The position numbers and the translations under genes are program-made. From Callorhinchus milii (lineage: Eukaryota), in assembly GCF_018977255.1 (NCBI RefSeq), contig NW_024704743.1:27530001-27594000 (forward strand): a stretch of DNA of 64,000 bases. The letters are read 5' to 3'. The notes below the pieces were generated by a model. It was given only the letters and a program-made list of their open reading frames with translations, made no database searches and was not told the origin of the DNA. Numbering within the stretch: position 1 is the stretch's first letter; every line of letters begins with the position of its first letter. Below, in pieces: positions 47,291 to 59,578 of the stretch.

Positions 47291-48911
47291 GACCAGCTTC
47301 AGGTACAGCTTGCATCAAAGGAAGGAACAAGATTGTTTCTGTGGACCTCTTTCTGGCATACACAGCGATGTATGACAAAGCTTCCTCCTTGCTGGCTGGA
47401 GCAATGGCCCACTGCTCCCCTTCAACTTCAACATAAACGTACCCATTTTGAGTGACACTGTTGAAAGCAACCATCTGCCCATCTGCCCTGGCTGTTGGGG
47501 AAAGTGATATTTTTTTCAGACTAGTAGATAGTACAGGAGAAGTTATAATTGTAATAATAATCTTTGCATTTGATTTGGTGCTTTGTCACATTGTTAAGCT
47601 GCTTCAAAGGACTTCATAGAATTTTATTATGAAGTGTAGTGAATGTGTATTCATAGTTGGTGGGGAAAGAAACAGTTCCAATCAGCGGGAGTGGAGTGAG
47701 GAAAGTAGGGAACTGCAAAATCTTAATTTTTGTCATCATTAGGAGTTGGGGTATATTTAATGCAGTTCCACAGGTTTAGGACAAGGAAGGGTATGATGTT
47801 GTGACTGGGATCACATTAACTACTAAGAGACTTCACATGTCTTGAAGGGTATTCTCAACTTGTTCGTGAGAACAAAATATTCTTTCCAGTGCTTCTAGCA
47901 AGAAGGACACCACCAACAACAAATTGCATTGATATAGCACGTTTCAAGCCAAGGTGACTTCCCAAGGCACCAGATCTAGAGATAGGATCTGACACGTTTG
48001 CTACTAAGGCATTTTTAAAACCTGCTGTGTACCAAAACACAGTATCTGCTGCCAGTCTTTTAAGGGAGCAGAGGAGCTGTTGTTTTCTCAATACAGCAAA
48101 TCTTTAAAATGGCTTCTTTCAGAAATTAGGCGTTGTGTAAATATAATAATAATCCTTGCAAGGGAAGATTGGGAGGTATTCTTATTGCAAATTTTGTAGG
48201 CAAAGCACATACAAATGCAGTGTTGTATGAAGATAGAAGGACTACCTGATTCTCTCCCCATTTTATCCATTCACTCTCCAGCATAGAATGTGCTGCAAAT
48301 GTCAACCTGGAGCCAGGTTGTGTTGTAAATTTTCATTTTTTGGTCAGAGAAAGACTTATCAGTAAGAGAATGTAGTGGTACTACTTGCAACCTCTCCGTG
48401 TGCAGCAATGTCTTCTCAAGGTCATGTGTGGGGAAGAACTGTCTCTCAAAGCCAACTGCAGAGCAGATCATATCAGGAGCTGCATTGCAATGCGCTGAGA
48501 ACTAACTTTTGTCCAAGAAAGAAAAATAATGGTTGAAGGCTCCATTAGCTACATATAAAGAGTTTCAATTAAAGAAACTCATAACTGCTGTGCAATCCAT
48601 CACATTGGTCCCTTCAACAAACTTTTGGGGGCATTTATATAGCACCTTTCACATCGGGAAGAAATCCCAAGGATGTAGCAAAATGTAACATACTTATACT
48701 ACTATTTATCAACTGTTAATCAGCACTGGTCTTTAAACAGTCTAAAACAACGGAAATGAAAAAACAAACTAGCAATGATTTGAATCTCGACTGTTAAAAG
48801 GATCAATTAAGGTTTTTACATTGATAACAAAACAAAACAAAAATCTACAGAATTTCCCTGGGATTTTATGTCTGCATTATTTGACTCTTGGAATTCATAT
48901 CGTCTAAGGAG

Positions 48912-49256
48912 GCACTCCAGTGCAGTGCTGGGGGTGTGCTGTATTGTTAGGGATGCCATGCTTCAGAGAAAATGTTAAACTGATGTCCCTTCTGCCTGAT
49001 CAGATGGATGTTAAAGATCCCATGGCACTATTCGAAAAGAGAAGGGAAGTTTTTCCCAGTGTTTAGGCCAATAACCCCCAACTAAAAAAAATGGTAATTC
49101 ACTCCATGGCTATTTGTGGGACATTGCTGTGCACAAATTGACTATTATGTTAGTTCTCACAAATAAAACACACAATTACTACAGCATATTCTGTTAAGCG
49201 CTTTGGGATGTCCTCCAAATGTGAAGGTGCTATTCCAAATGCAAGAACTATTATTA
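48912..49256 (+). mobile_element. DeuSINE-type SINE (core and tail)
   Basis: CACTCCAGTGCAGTGCTG..GATGTTAAAGATCCCATGGCACTATTCGAAAAGAGAAGGG..AAATGCAAG. Confidence 0.85.
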
Positions 49257-50037
49257 ATTCTTACACTCCATATTACTCTCCATATTCATTCAATGCCCCC
49301 TGTAACTTTACATGGAAAATGGAGCTCTATATATGTTGCTGTAAAGGTGTATAATGTACAGCAAGCCTACGTTATTGTAAGCCTCACTTTTCAAATGGAA
49401 ACTCATTATTTGGTCGTCAGTCACAGGCTGCAGTTTTGGATGCTGACTGTCTGTGATGTTGATAATCCCTAAAAGCAATTACGTGATTGTATTTCCCATC
49501 AAAAACGTCCATCACTATGAAAGGGTTCCTGGAAGCACAGTGTGTATGCTGCTGCATCTCCTCAGGCGCTCTGTCATGCATGTTGAAGATGTGAGATGCC
49601 AGATGTGCAGATTTTTGACCATGCTGTTGAGGGTGCTGAAGACATTCATAACCACAGCATCACGTATGCCTGAAATAAACAATGACAGTAATCCTTTACT
49701 AACTCTGAGGTTATCTGAGTCCTTGTTAACTTCAGACTGGGCTCAATGTCAAAACTCATCAACTGCACTAAATGACTGAATGATTTGCACGGACGATGGA
49801 AAACATCCAGCTACTTTTCCAGTGGGAAATTTGAACTGGGTGCTTTATCCTCCCACCATCTGGTCTTATGTTGACACATCAACACTCCTGTTGGACAATA
49901 ATATCTGGAGGGAAGACAGCGCCTCAAATGATTCATGATTAAAGGAGGTAATGCACACAACTGCAAGTAAAAAACAACACAGGCTATTCTTAACATGGGG
50001 TCAGCAAGAAAGGCAGCAATAAACTGACCAAATACAA

Positions 50038-50054
50038 AGAGAGAGAGAGAGAGA
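50038..50054. repeat. (AG)n microsatellite
   Basis: AGAGAGAGAGAGAGAGA. Confidence 0.85.
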
Positions 50055-52139
50055 TAAACAATTAATGAAGTATTTTAGTGCGATTCTGAGATTAGAAAGT
50101 ATTTTAAATTATTATGAATTCACACACCACATAACTCACTAAAAATAACTTTTTTAAAAAAAACACAAATTCACTTCACAAACGCATTCATGAACTAGGT
50201 GGATTTCCCAAACGGAGAGGTCTAACTTGCGGTAATTCTTAACACGATTCCTCAACAAGGATTCTCTGAAGTACGAACAGAAGTACATCATGCTGGCTTG
50301 GGGGATTGCTGCTCAAACACAATCAGCCTCTTGTGCGGAAGTTGACGAGAAATAAAATGGGTTTCTTTCCGAAGCAAATTCATTAAGAAATATCGCAAAT
50401 TAGATGCCCAAACTCAAAATATTGCCTTGCACGCGACAACACAATCGTATCCATGGAAACAAAATCATTTAAAAGAATCAGAAAGTTCACTTTCAGCCAA
50501 CGGTTAAAGATAATGCAATCTTTTATTGAAATATATATTTTGTGTGTGTCAAAGAATAGTACAGTAGGAAAAGCACTATCAGCGAAATGCACTTACTTTT
50601 ATATCTTCAAACTGCAGTGTTAAAACAAAATTAGGAGAAATCATGGCTTTTGATGCTTCACCATACCCGAGTCCAGTGTAATAGTACACAAACAAAAAGC
50701 ACTGCTTTTTCTGAGAAACAGGAGTCATAGCTGTAGCAATACTCAAGAGATGCACATGCATCAAAATGTAACCGCGTAGAAGATTCAGTAGAAATTAATG
50801 AGAATCGGACCTCTGCAAATAATACAAATCAGTCATCAGACTGGGCAGCAATGTTTGCAGAGATGGGCTAAGAGTTAAACAGCACTATGTGGTGTGTTAT
50901 TGTTTATCTCTGTTTCTGTTTGGTCAACATTAATATTCTTTCATTGAAATAACTATTACAATGTTTCTGGAACACTGGCAATATTTCAGAAAAGGCCAAA
51001 GGCCCTTTTTATGGTCAGCTATTACTGCTGTATGTCCTAGTTCAGAAGCTCCCAATGTTTATAGATATATTTGGTTTGGTTCTGAACAACTGACAACCAA
51101 CCTATACCTTATGAGACCACTGCCTATCTTTATTCCTATTGCAACCATGTAGTGCTTTGAGATGTCCTTCCAATGTGAAAGGTGCTATAAAATTATAAAT
51201 TGTGCTTATTCTGTCAAAGTCACTTTCATGAATCAAAATTTGATCAAATAGATTTACATCCAGAAATAGCTCCCTCTAATGGACATATTTGCAACATATT
51301 ATTCCATATATAATTCAGCCCTGAATACTGCGATAGTCAGTATTCGTAAGATGCTGATACCTGATATGTTAATGCACAGCCTAGCAGATGTCAGCTAAGC
51401 TTGTATCAAAGCTAAACCCATTTTTCATGAGACTTCTTCAGGATGCTTGAAACAGTAATTATGCATTTTAAATTTAAAGCACGTAGGAATTTTTTCTATA
51501 ATAAAAAAGAGAAACTTTAGGCAAGAAAAGAAAGCGAGAAGTACCTTGCACTGATATTTGTCTCTCTGTAACACTGTTTTCCTTTTAATCTTAGTGATTC
51601 ATGGGCATTCATAGGCAAAATCCATTTATAGCAACTAAACTGTCTGAGCTAAATTCTACGCAAAAGTGCACAGATTCCTTTTTATTTTATGTGTGGTAAT
51701 TTGTTTTGCTTTATGTGCTATTTATCAAAATAGAAAGCTCTGGATACCATGGTTTGACAGGGACCATATTCCGATTGAATTAATGTGTAGCATTTCTTCC
51801 ATCAACACATTTTGACATGCATAAATTAGGTACTTCAGCACGTAAGATTATAAGGTCCACAAATTGCTTTGGTTGCAATGCTCTTAGTTCTACATTTTCC
51901 TTTCCTCCCTCTGAATTGAATTGGAGTGAATGACAAGACTCAGGGCATAAATAACTGCCAGTTTTTAATGGATTTCACAAAAGCTGACCAACATTGCTTG
52001 TACCAACATGCTCGCATGCTCCTATCCTTCGGGAATCGCCATTGTCAGATTAGTTTTGGTGATTGCTCTGACTGGCATTGTTTTTCTGGTGATTCAGTTC
52101 AATATGAAAATGCTTCATGTTCTTTCTAAGCAGTTACAA

Positions 52140-52328
52140 AATAATAGTAATAGTCCCTTCAAATTAAAAAAAAATTATTTGGTTACTCAGTCTACACTGC
52201 TGTGTGCAATTGGCTCCCGCATTTCACCCACAAAATACATAGTCAATTCACTTTACAGTATATTCTGTGAAGGACTTTGAGATGTCTCGAAGACGCAATA
52301 AGGCTCTATATCAAATGCAAGGATTTTT
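52140..52328 (+). mobile_element. SINE 3' half
   Basis: CACTGCTGTGTGCAATTGGCT..CACTTTACAGTATATTCTGTGAAG..TATATCAAATGCAAGG. Confidence 0.85.
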
Positions 52329-53614
52329 TCCTCAACAGAAATAGTCAAATCACTTGACAGTGATTATCTGTGAATAGTTTTGAGAGGTTCCGATATGATA
52401 AGGGAAGAAATTCCCAATATATATGATAAATAACACCATTTAAAATTATCACTGGTTGCAGAATTTGTATTTATTTTTGTCCAGGGCAGGACTAGTGGCT
52501 GGGGCTGACCCTCTGACTTCTGGAAAATGTTTGCTTCTCCAGCTCGTTTCCACCCTGTATTACATTGCCAGTGCTAGCAGGGGTAGTCGGAGCAGGAACG
52601 TATGCAAGGGATGTACAGGACCTTTGAGGAGGTCATGGGGAGAGCAACAAAACAGGTCAGAAGATGATGAAACCATGGAGAAAGCTGTGGAATGTGACTA
52701 ACTAGGAAACAGCCTTTCAAGAGTGTTGGATTTTCTATCCATGATCTTTTTTGATGTAACACATTAAAATCTCAGGTTCTTTCACTCCAATAGCACACTT
52801 AAATGTAAGATTTACAGAATGTTTGGCCAATATACCCCCTAATCGTATCCTGCAAGACCATTTTGTCTTAGAATTTAAGATTATGCAGAATAGTAGAACA
52901 TTCTACAATTTAGTCTTAATTTATACTGATCTCTGATTTATTTAATCTCCTATTTAAGGGATACATTTTACCACAGGTAGCAGTTTCAAGTAGAATTTTG
53001 TCTATGACTTCAAAAGCAATTTGGCACAAGAAAACTCCTTGATATAAATACAGCATCATTCAATCCAACACTGTTGCCTTCCACGGATAACATATCCATA
53101 ATTATAATAAGATTGGAGCCATAATGATCCACTGAGTATTTGATCACCGATACTTACATTCATCCTCACAGCCTTCAGGCTCATTCATTTTCAGAACAAT
53201 ATACTGATGCAGCTCCTTTTAAAGGATTTAATTGACATCCACATTAACCAGTTCGGATGTAAATGTATTAATCCATGTGAGGAAATCCTCTGATCTCTTA
53301 ATTTACCTGAAGGTCCTCAGGTTTTTTATGATGTTCTTTGCTACTCTGCAAAACAAAATGTTAATAGTTTATTTATACTGTATTCACATTAGCACTGCTA
53401 CTTAGGAAATCTCAATCCCGGAGTAACGCTCTCAGTTTTACTATTTTAGGAGAAAATTAGTTTGGTTCTATTATGCTATCCTTAAAACTCCTCATTATTT
53501 TGAATTCCAGATTTATACTTGGCATCTGCCTCTTTAACTTCTCCTGTGCACCAATGCCTCAACATATTGGAGTCTAAGTTTGGAATTTCTTAATATGGAA
53601 TCTGGAATGTATAA

Positions 53615-53727
53615 TAATATAATAATAATAATCCTTGCATTTGATATAGCGCTTTTCACAAATTCTAGACGTGTCAAAGTGCTTCACAGAATATACTGTA
53701 AAGGGAATTGACTGTACATTTGTGGGG
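53615..53727 (-). mobile_element. SINE 3' tail
   Basis: (TAA)n TCCTTGCATTTGATATAGCGCTTTTCAC..GCTTCACAGAATATACTGTAAAG. Confidence 0.85.
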
Positions 53728-54664
53728 ATGCGCAAATTGGACAACTTCCAGTAACTGGATGTACCTCATGACGACTTGTGGGAACTCCACTCCAATGCAG
53801 TCTGTTTCCAGAGTGGGATTCCCACAGATTGGCAGGAATTCTATTGGGTGTCTTTACTAAGGAATTTCATTAAAAAAAAATATTCCCCACCATTGCTGTA
53901 AATTTTAATCTTATCTCAACTTCTGTTTACATATTGTACATGATGGATGAGGCATTTATGGATCAATGTAACATGGAAAAGCTCAGAAAATACAACAGCA
54001 AATCTGCATCTCACTGCACTTCTGAAATCTGTGAACAAAGAAATCTGCATTATAATAGACCACCTAAATATACAGTTCATTTGATGCCATGATAAAATTG
54101 AGACAATATTTTACTATCTTCACATTAAAAAGCATCAATATTCCTGACAGCGAGTGAAAAACTAGTCTTGAAGATTGAATCTTGTGATGCATGATTTGGT
54201 AATTCTGCTGCAGGTCTCAAAGAGCCAAAGACTTTGTGGCATTTTAGCACTAAAGGTTACTTCTGCGCTTGACCTGAGTGCGTGCCATTACCTGAATGTA
54301 GATAAATAATTCATAGCATTTTATTTTAGGAGCACAAATCACAAAGTGATGCAAAATGTATGCTGCTCCCTTTAAAATGCCAGTAAAACATTTATTTTCC
54401 ATAGAATTTTGTGCTCAGACTTAAAACAAGAAGGAAGTCAACCTTACAGACAAAAGGTTTCTCACCCATGCCCTAGTATGTGAGTATACTTTCTCCAATA
54501 AACTAATGGAACACAGCAGCTAGGATTTGCTTGATTAATATTAAATAAATTTGATTCTATTTTATTGCCTTTGCAAAACTACCTTTTTTTATTTTCCAGC
54601 ATTCATAACTATAATTATATCTTCCTTAATTTCTCTCCCTCCCAGTAGAAAAAGTTGTTTACTA

Positions 54665-55010
54665 TTGTAGTCTAGGCTGATTATTACAGTACACTATTGA
54701 GGGAGCACTACAATGTGAAAGGTGACTCTTTTGATGAGATATTAAACCGGAGTCTCATCTTCCACTCTTCAGATAAACTTTAAAAATCTAATTTCTGTAA
54801 TCGAAAGAGAAAAGAGTTTCTCTCCGAGTCCTGGCCAACACGAGATTTTAAATGGTTTCAGCTAAATTGATCATTTATCTCATAGTTGGTTATGGGTCGT
54901 TGCTGACACAAAATGGCTGATGTGATCACCTACAAATATACAGTCGCTACAATTATTGTGTAAGTGCTTTGAGAAGTTTCAACATGATGAGATATTATAC
55001 AAATGCAAAT
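54665..55010 (+). mobile_element. DeuSINE-type SINE, old
   Basis: GATGAGATATTAAACCGGAG..GAAAGAGAAAAGAGTTTCTCTCCGAGTCCTGGCCAAC..AAATGGCTG..AAATGCAA. Confidence 0.75.
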
Positions 55011-55411
55011 TCACCTTCTTATAAATATTTATTGGACTGAAACACTCAATATCCTGAATTTCTTGGATTCTTTTCAGCAAAGAAACTTCTGCCCAGTGAA
55101 ATTCTGCACCATAAGCAGATTATATTTATACAAAAGCACAAATCTTCTCTGGGGAGGGTGAGAAAAGATAGAGAGCTGACAGTGCTTGGCCAAACCAACT
55201 TCAGCCACAACTTTTGCTATTTAATAATTAAAAGGAATTAATGTCAGTCATGAACTGCAAAGCAAATATCACCCAGAACTCTCCAGCGAAGGGGAGCTTG
55301 TAATGTTGCATAACCTGTGTCAGCAACAAAAGTAAACTGTTAATATAGTTCAAAGAATAAATATCACTCCAAAAGATATTGAGCTTCTTGAATAGCTTCT
55401 GAAAGTTCAAA

Positions 55412-56800
55412 GAAAGGGAGAGGGATAAACCCGGTAACTACAGTCCAGTAAGCCTAATGTCGGTGGTGGGGAACCTTCTAGAGACCATAATCTGTGACAA
55501 AATTAATTTTCACTTGGAAAAACAAGAGTTAATTAATGACAATCAACACAGTTTTGTTAAAGGCAAATCGTGCCTGCCAAACTTTGAGTTCTTTGATGAA
55601 ATAACGGAAAGGATTGAAGGTAGTGCAGTTGATGTAGTGTATATGGACTTTCAGAAGGTGTTTGTTAAGATGCCACATAATAGACTAGTTAGCAAAATTG
55701 AAGCCTATGGCATAAAAGCATGTGGCAGCATGTATATGAAATTGGTTGGGAGACAGCAAGCAGAGGGTAGTGGTGAATGATTGTTTTTCAGATTGGAGCG
55801 AAGTACACAGTGGTATCCCGCAGGGGTCGGTATTTGATCCACTGCTCTCATTGATATACATAAATAACATGAACTTGTGTATCGAGAGCAAAAAGTTGCA
55901 GATAATACAAAACTTGGGAACGTAGTAAACAGTGAGGAGGATGGTAGCAGACTGCAGGAAGACATAGACACAGACTGGTGAAATGGGACATGTCAGACAA
56001 AGTTTAATGCAAACAAGTGTGAGGTGACGCATTTTGGGAGGAAGAATGAGGAGAGATAATATACACTAAATGGTATAGTTTTAAAGGGGGTTCAGGAACA
56101 GAGAGAGCTGGGGGTTCACATATACAGGTCTTTGAAGGTGGCAGGACAGGTTGATATAGTTGTTAAAAAACATATGGGATCCTTGGTTTTATAAATAGAG
56201 ACATAAGAAAAGCAAGGAAATTCTGCTAACCTTTAAAGTCACTGGTTAGGCCTCAGCTTGAGTATTGTGTCCAATTCTGGGCACCAAACTTTAGGAAGGA
56301 TATCAAGGCACTTGGAGATGATGCAGAGGAGATTTACTAGAATGGTACCAGGGATGAGGGACTTTAATTATGTGGAGGAACTAGACAAGCTGGGGTTGTT
56401 CTCCTTAGAGCAGAGAAGGTTAAGAGGAGACTTAATAAAGGTGTTCAAAATTATGAGGGGTTTTGATAGAGTAGATAAGGAGTAACTGTTTCCACTGGCA
56501 GGTGGGCCAGTAACCAGGGGACATAGATTTCAGATAATTGGCAAAAGAACTAAAGGGAAGATGACGAGAAATCTTTTTTACACAGTGAGTTGTTATGATC
56601 TGGAATGACCTGCCTGAAAGGGTGATGGAAACAAATTCAATTCAACTTTCAAAAGAGAATTGGTACTTGAAAAGGAAAAAAAATTGCAAAGATATGGAAA
56701 AAGAGCAAGGAGATGGGACTGATTGTGTAGCTCTTCCAAAGACCAGGCACAAGTACCATGGGCCAAATGGCCTCCTTCTGTCTGTAATATTCTATGATTA
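55412..56800 (+). mobile_element. CR1 LINE 3' portion (RT through 3' UTR), decayed
   Basis: [75 protein letters not shown]; tail GGGCCAAATGGCCTCCTTCTGTCTGTAATATTCTATGATT; many stops and frameshifts. Confidence 0.95.
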
Positions 56801-56939
56801 CAATTTAGATGAAAGAAATGAAGGCAGGTGGGAGTCCTTCAAACTAACGTCTTCTGTTTTCATATTTTCTCCCTCAACACTAATTTTGTCTCTTTTGAAA
56901 GCATTGACTCCTTGGGGTCAACATTTTGGTTAGGAAACA

Positions 56940-57285
56940 AAATAATGATCCTTGAATTTGAAATAGGCCTTATTACATCATTGAGACATTGCAAAGCACT
57001 TCACAGGAATTTACTGTGACATCAATGATAGTATATATTCTGTGGGTAAATGCAACAACCAATTTGTGCAAAGCAATGACCCACAAACAGCCATGACTAA
57101 CTTTATCTAGGGGATTGTTCGCCAGGACACTGGGAGAAACCCCCTTCTCTTTTCAAATAGCACCATGGGATCTTTAACATCCACTTGAACAGGCAGATTG
57201 GACCTTGATTTAAATTTCATCTGAAGGATGACATCTCTAACAATACAGTAATGCACTAAGTACCAATTTAGACTGTGAGGTTCTG
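56940..57285 (-). mobile_element. DeuSINE-type SINE
   Basis: Reverse tail plus GCCAGGACACTGGGAGAAACCCCCTTCTCTTTTCAAATAGCACCATGGGATCTTTAACATCCACTTGAACAGGCAG. Confidence 0.85.
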
Positions 57286-58324
57286 TGTCCCTCCCCTGCC
57301 ACACATATTGACAGTCAGTGGGCACTTGCTATCAAAGCTCAGCCATGAATAATAGAACCACTTGAGCATATCAACAAATGTCCATGAAACCATATTCCTG
57401 TAGAAAGAAAAAGGAGTTAAATGCTTTCAGGAGAGTTGTGGAATATAAGTATTTTTGTTTCTTCAGTAAGGATCTGATTCATGAGAAAACCCCTTAGGAG
57501 GGTCAAAAATCAGGCAGTTACGCACAATTTTCTTGTATCAGCTTGGCTTTGTATCACCCAGGAGCAAGCACTGCGGTAGAACTATGGCTCGATATTGCCA
57601 ATCGGAATACAATAGAGAGATACACTGACTGCCATGTAACTGTCTGTGCATTAGGAATGTCGGCCCTTTGCTGCCATTAACAATCTGACAGCCCTTCAGA
57701 CACCCATGTGTATTTAAGAGCCCAAAGCCCCTCCCAGGACTGCTACCTGCTAAATGCTTTAAAGCAAATCTTGAAGCAGATCTGCAGGGTAAGGGCAATA
57801 CAGTGTGATTTTGTTTGGTCCATTTTAAGTCAACATTTTTTTAAAAAACATTTATTTAAAGTAATGACATCATTCAGATGCTGAACTAAAATGATTGTTG
57901 ACATAGTTCACATAGTGAAGAGAGTGAATTAAAGCACACAAACTGTGAAATCAAATGTAACCAATATCAAATCATAACAGATCTGATTAGTTATTGCATC
58001 TATAGGAAATATTGCATTATTCCATTTATTACTAAAAACCTACAGCAGGTGTGAATTCTCCCTCCCTCTGACTTTGCTTCAATTTTGATTTTCTCATCTG
58101 AAGTTTCAATTTTTGTTACTAAGCGCATTCCAGTGTTGTTACCAATTTACCTCAGTCTAACTTAAGCTGATTCAAAAAGGAGTTAAAATGCTGGCTTAGC
58201 AATCAAGAGCAACAATGGCAGCATTGATATTTGACTATTTGTGTCAGCCTAGCTCAGTTGGTAGCACTCTTGCCCCTGACACAGAAATTGGCCCACATTG
58301 GGACTTGGAACACATGTAGTCTAT

Positions 58325-58410
58325 ATTTTTATTTGTCAGCCGAGTATCTGACGCATGCAGAAACCCAGAGTATCTATGCCAAACAGAGTTCCATACATCC
58401 CACCTACATG
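58325..58410 (-). mobile_element. 86-bp 3'-terminal copy of the RTE-like LINE with a 10-bp TSD
   Basis: Minus strand CATGTAGGTGGGATGTATGGAACTC..GGGTTTCTGCATGCGTCAGATACTCGGCTGACAAATAAAAAT; TGTAGTCTAT duplicated at 58315-58324 and 58411-58420. Confidence 0.85.
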
Positions 58411-58619
58411 TGTAGTCTATGGTGACAGTCCATTACACAATGGGTTGTAGAGGAACATTGCGTCGGATTAGATGTTGGACCGAGATCCTGTCTGCCTGTC
58501 TAAGTGGACAATAAAGATCCCATGGCACTGTTTAAAAAGACAAGGGAGTTTGTCCTGTGTCCTGGCCAACCATTCCCCAAATGAAATTGGTCATTCACTC
58601 AATGGCTGTTTGTGGGACA

Positions 58620-59578
58620 AGGAAACTGGAAGCATTGGGAATACATGATTAAATCTTGGATTTTATCCAGAATGTGTATTCCATCTCCTAGATTTATGTA
58701 AGGGTCGACTGTGGACTCACTGAGTCCGTCGCTCTTGAAAGGAGGGTAAGGAAAGGCTGCCCATTGTCATCCACCCTGTTTGATATATTCATTAATTATG
58801 TATTGGATGGCATAGAGGGGGGAGTATTTGGTGTATCTGATATAGGCCTCTCTTACAGGATTGCAGTGCTTATGTTTCTGGATGACATTAAACTGCTGAC
58901 GAACTCAACTGGGACCTTCTGCGCTGCATCCGGTATCTTAAATACTGCCCAACCGATGGGACATGGCGGTGGGTGCCCCAGGTCTGGAATCATGATTCTG
59001 CATGACCCAAGGGAAGACATTGAGGGAATTGATTGGAAGATAGAAGGGGCATCAATCCCAATTGTTGATTCTCATCGCTTCCTCGTGGCCGTGGTGAACA
59101 CCAACTTCTGCCTGTCCTGAAGGACCGTGCAGAGAAGGGGCGAAGGGCATATTCATCCCTCTTCAAGGACAAGAAAGGTCTCATTGCAGGTAAAGCTTGT
59201 AACATAGATGACCTGTGTGCAACAGTTCTCCATTATTTTTTATTTATTTACATTGAGGACTCCTAACTTGCGCAACTCATATTCCTTCTTAAAAATCTGA
59301 TGTAGACTGGAGTTCTCCCTCCTACATACTTCCCATGTTTGGCACAAATGCACCTGCTTGATCCTCCGTTATATCCCGGATTTTAGCTCAGATCCATAAA
59401 GGTGGAATTAGGTAAGCAGGATATGTCCTTCCAGTGAGAGAATGTACATTCCATTCTAACAAATATCACTGGAATTTCCATGTGTAGGTGGGATGCATGG
59501 AACTCTCAGTTTGGTTTGGATACTCTTAAGGATGGTGATGGGTTTTGCACGTGTCAGACTGGCCGACCAAAAAATAAA
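58620..59578 (+). mobile_element. 5'-truncated RTE/RTEX-like LINE remnant (RT fragment and 3' region) with a 10-bp TSD
   Basis: Frame from 58623 reads KLEALGIHD*ILDFIQNVY..VRV..RVRKGCPLSSTLFDIFIN..IAVLMFLDDIKLL..W.IEG.SIPIV, an RT unlike the L2 or CR1 here; A-rich end CCAAAAAATAAA; TTGTGGGACA duplicated at 58610-58619 and 59579-59588. The clade name is tentative. Confidence 0.8.

Noticed and set aside
47274..47474. 66-aa protein-like minus-strand ORF
   Set aside because: No recognisable domain, it ends in a SINE head, and the length is within chance expectation.
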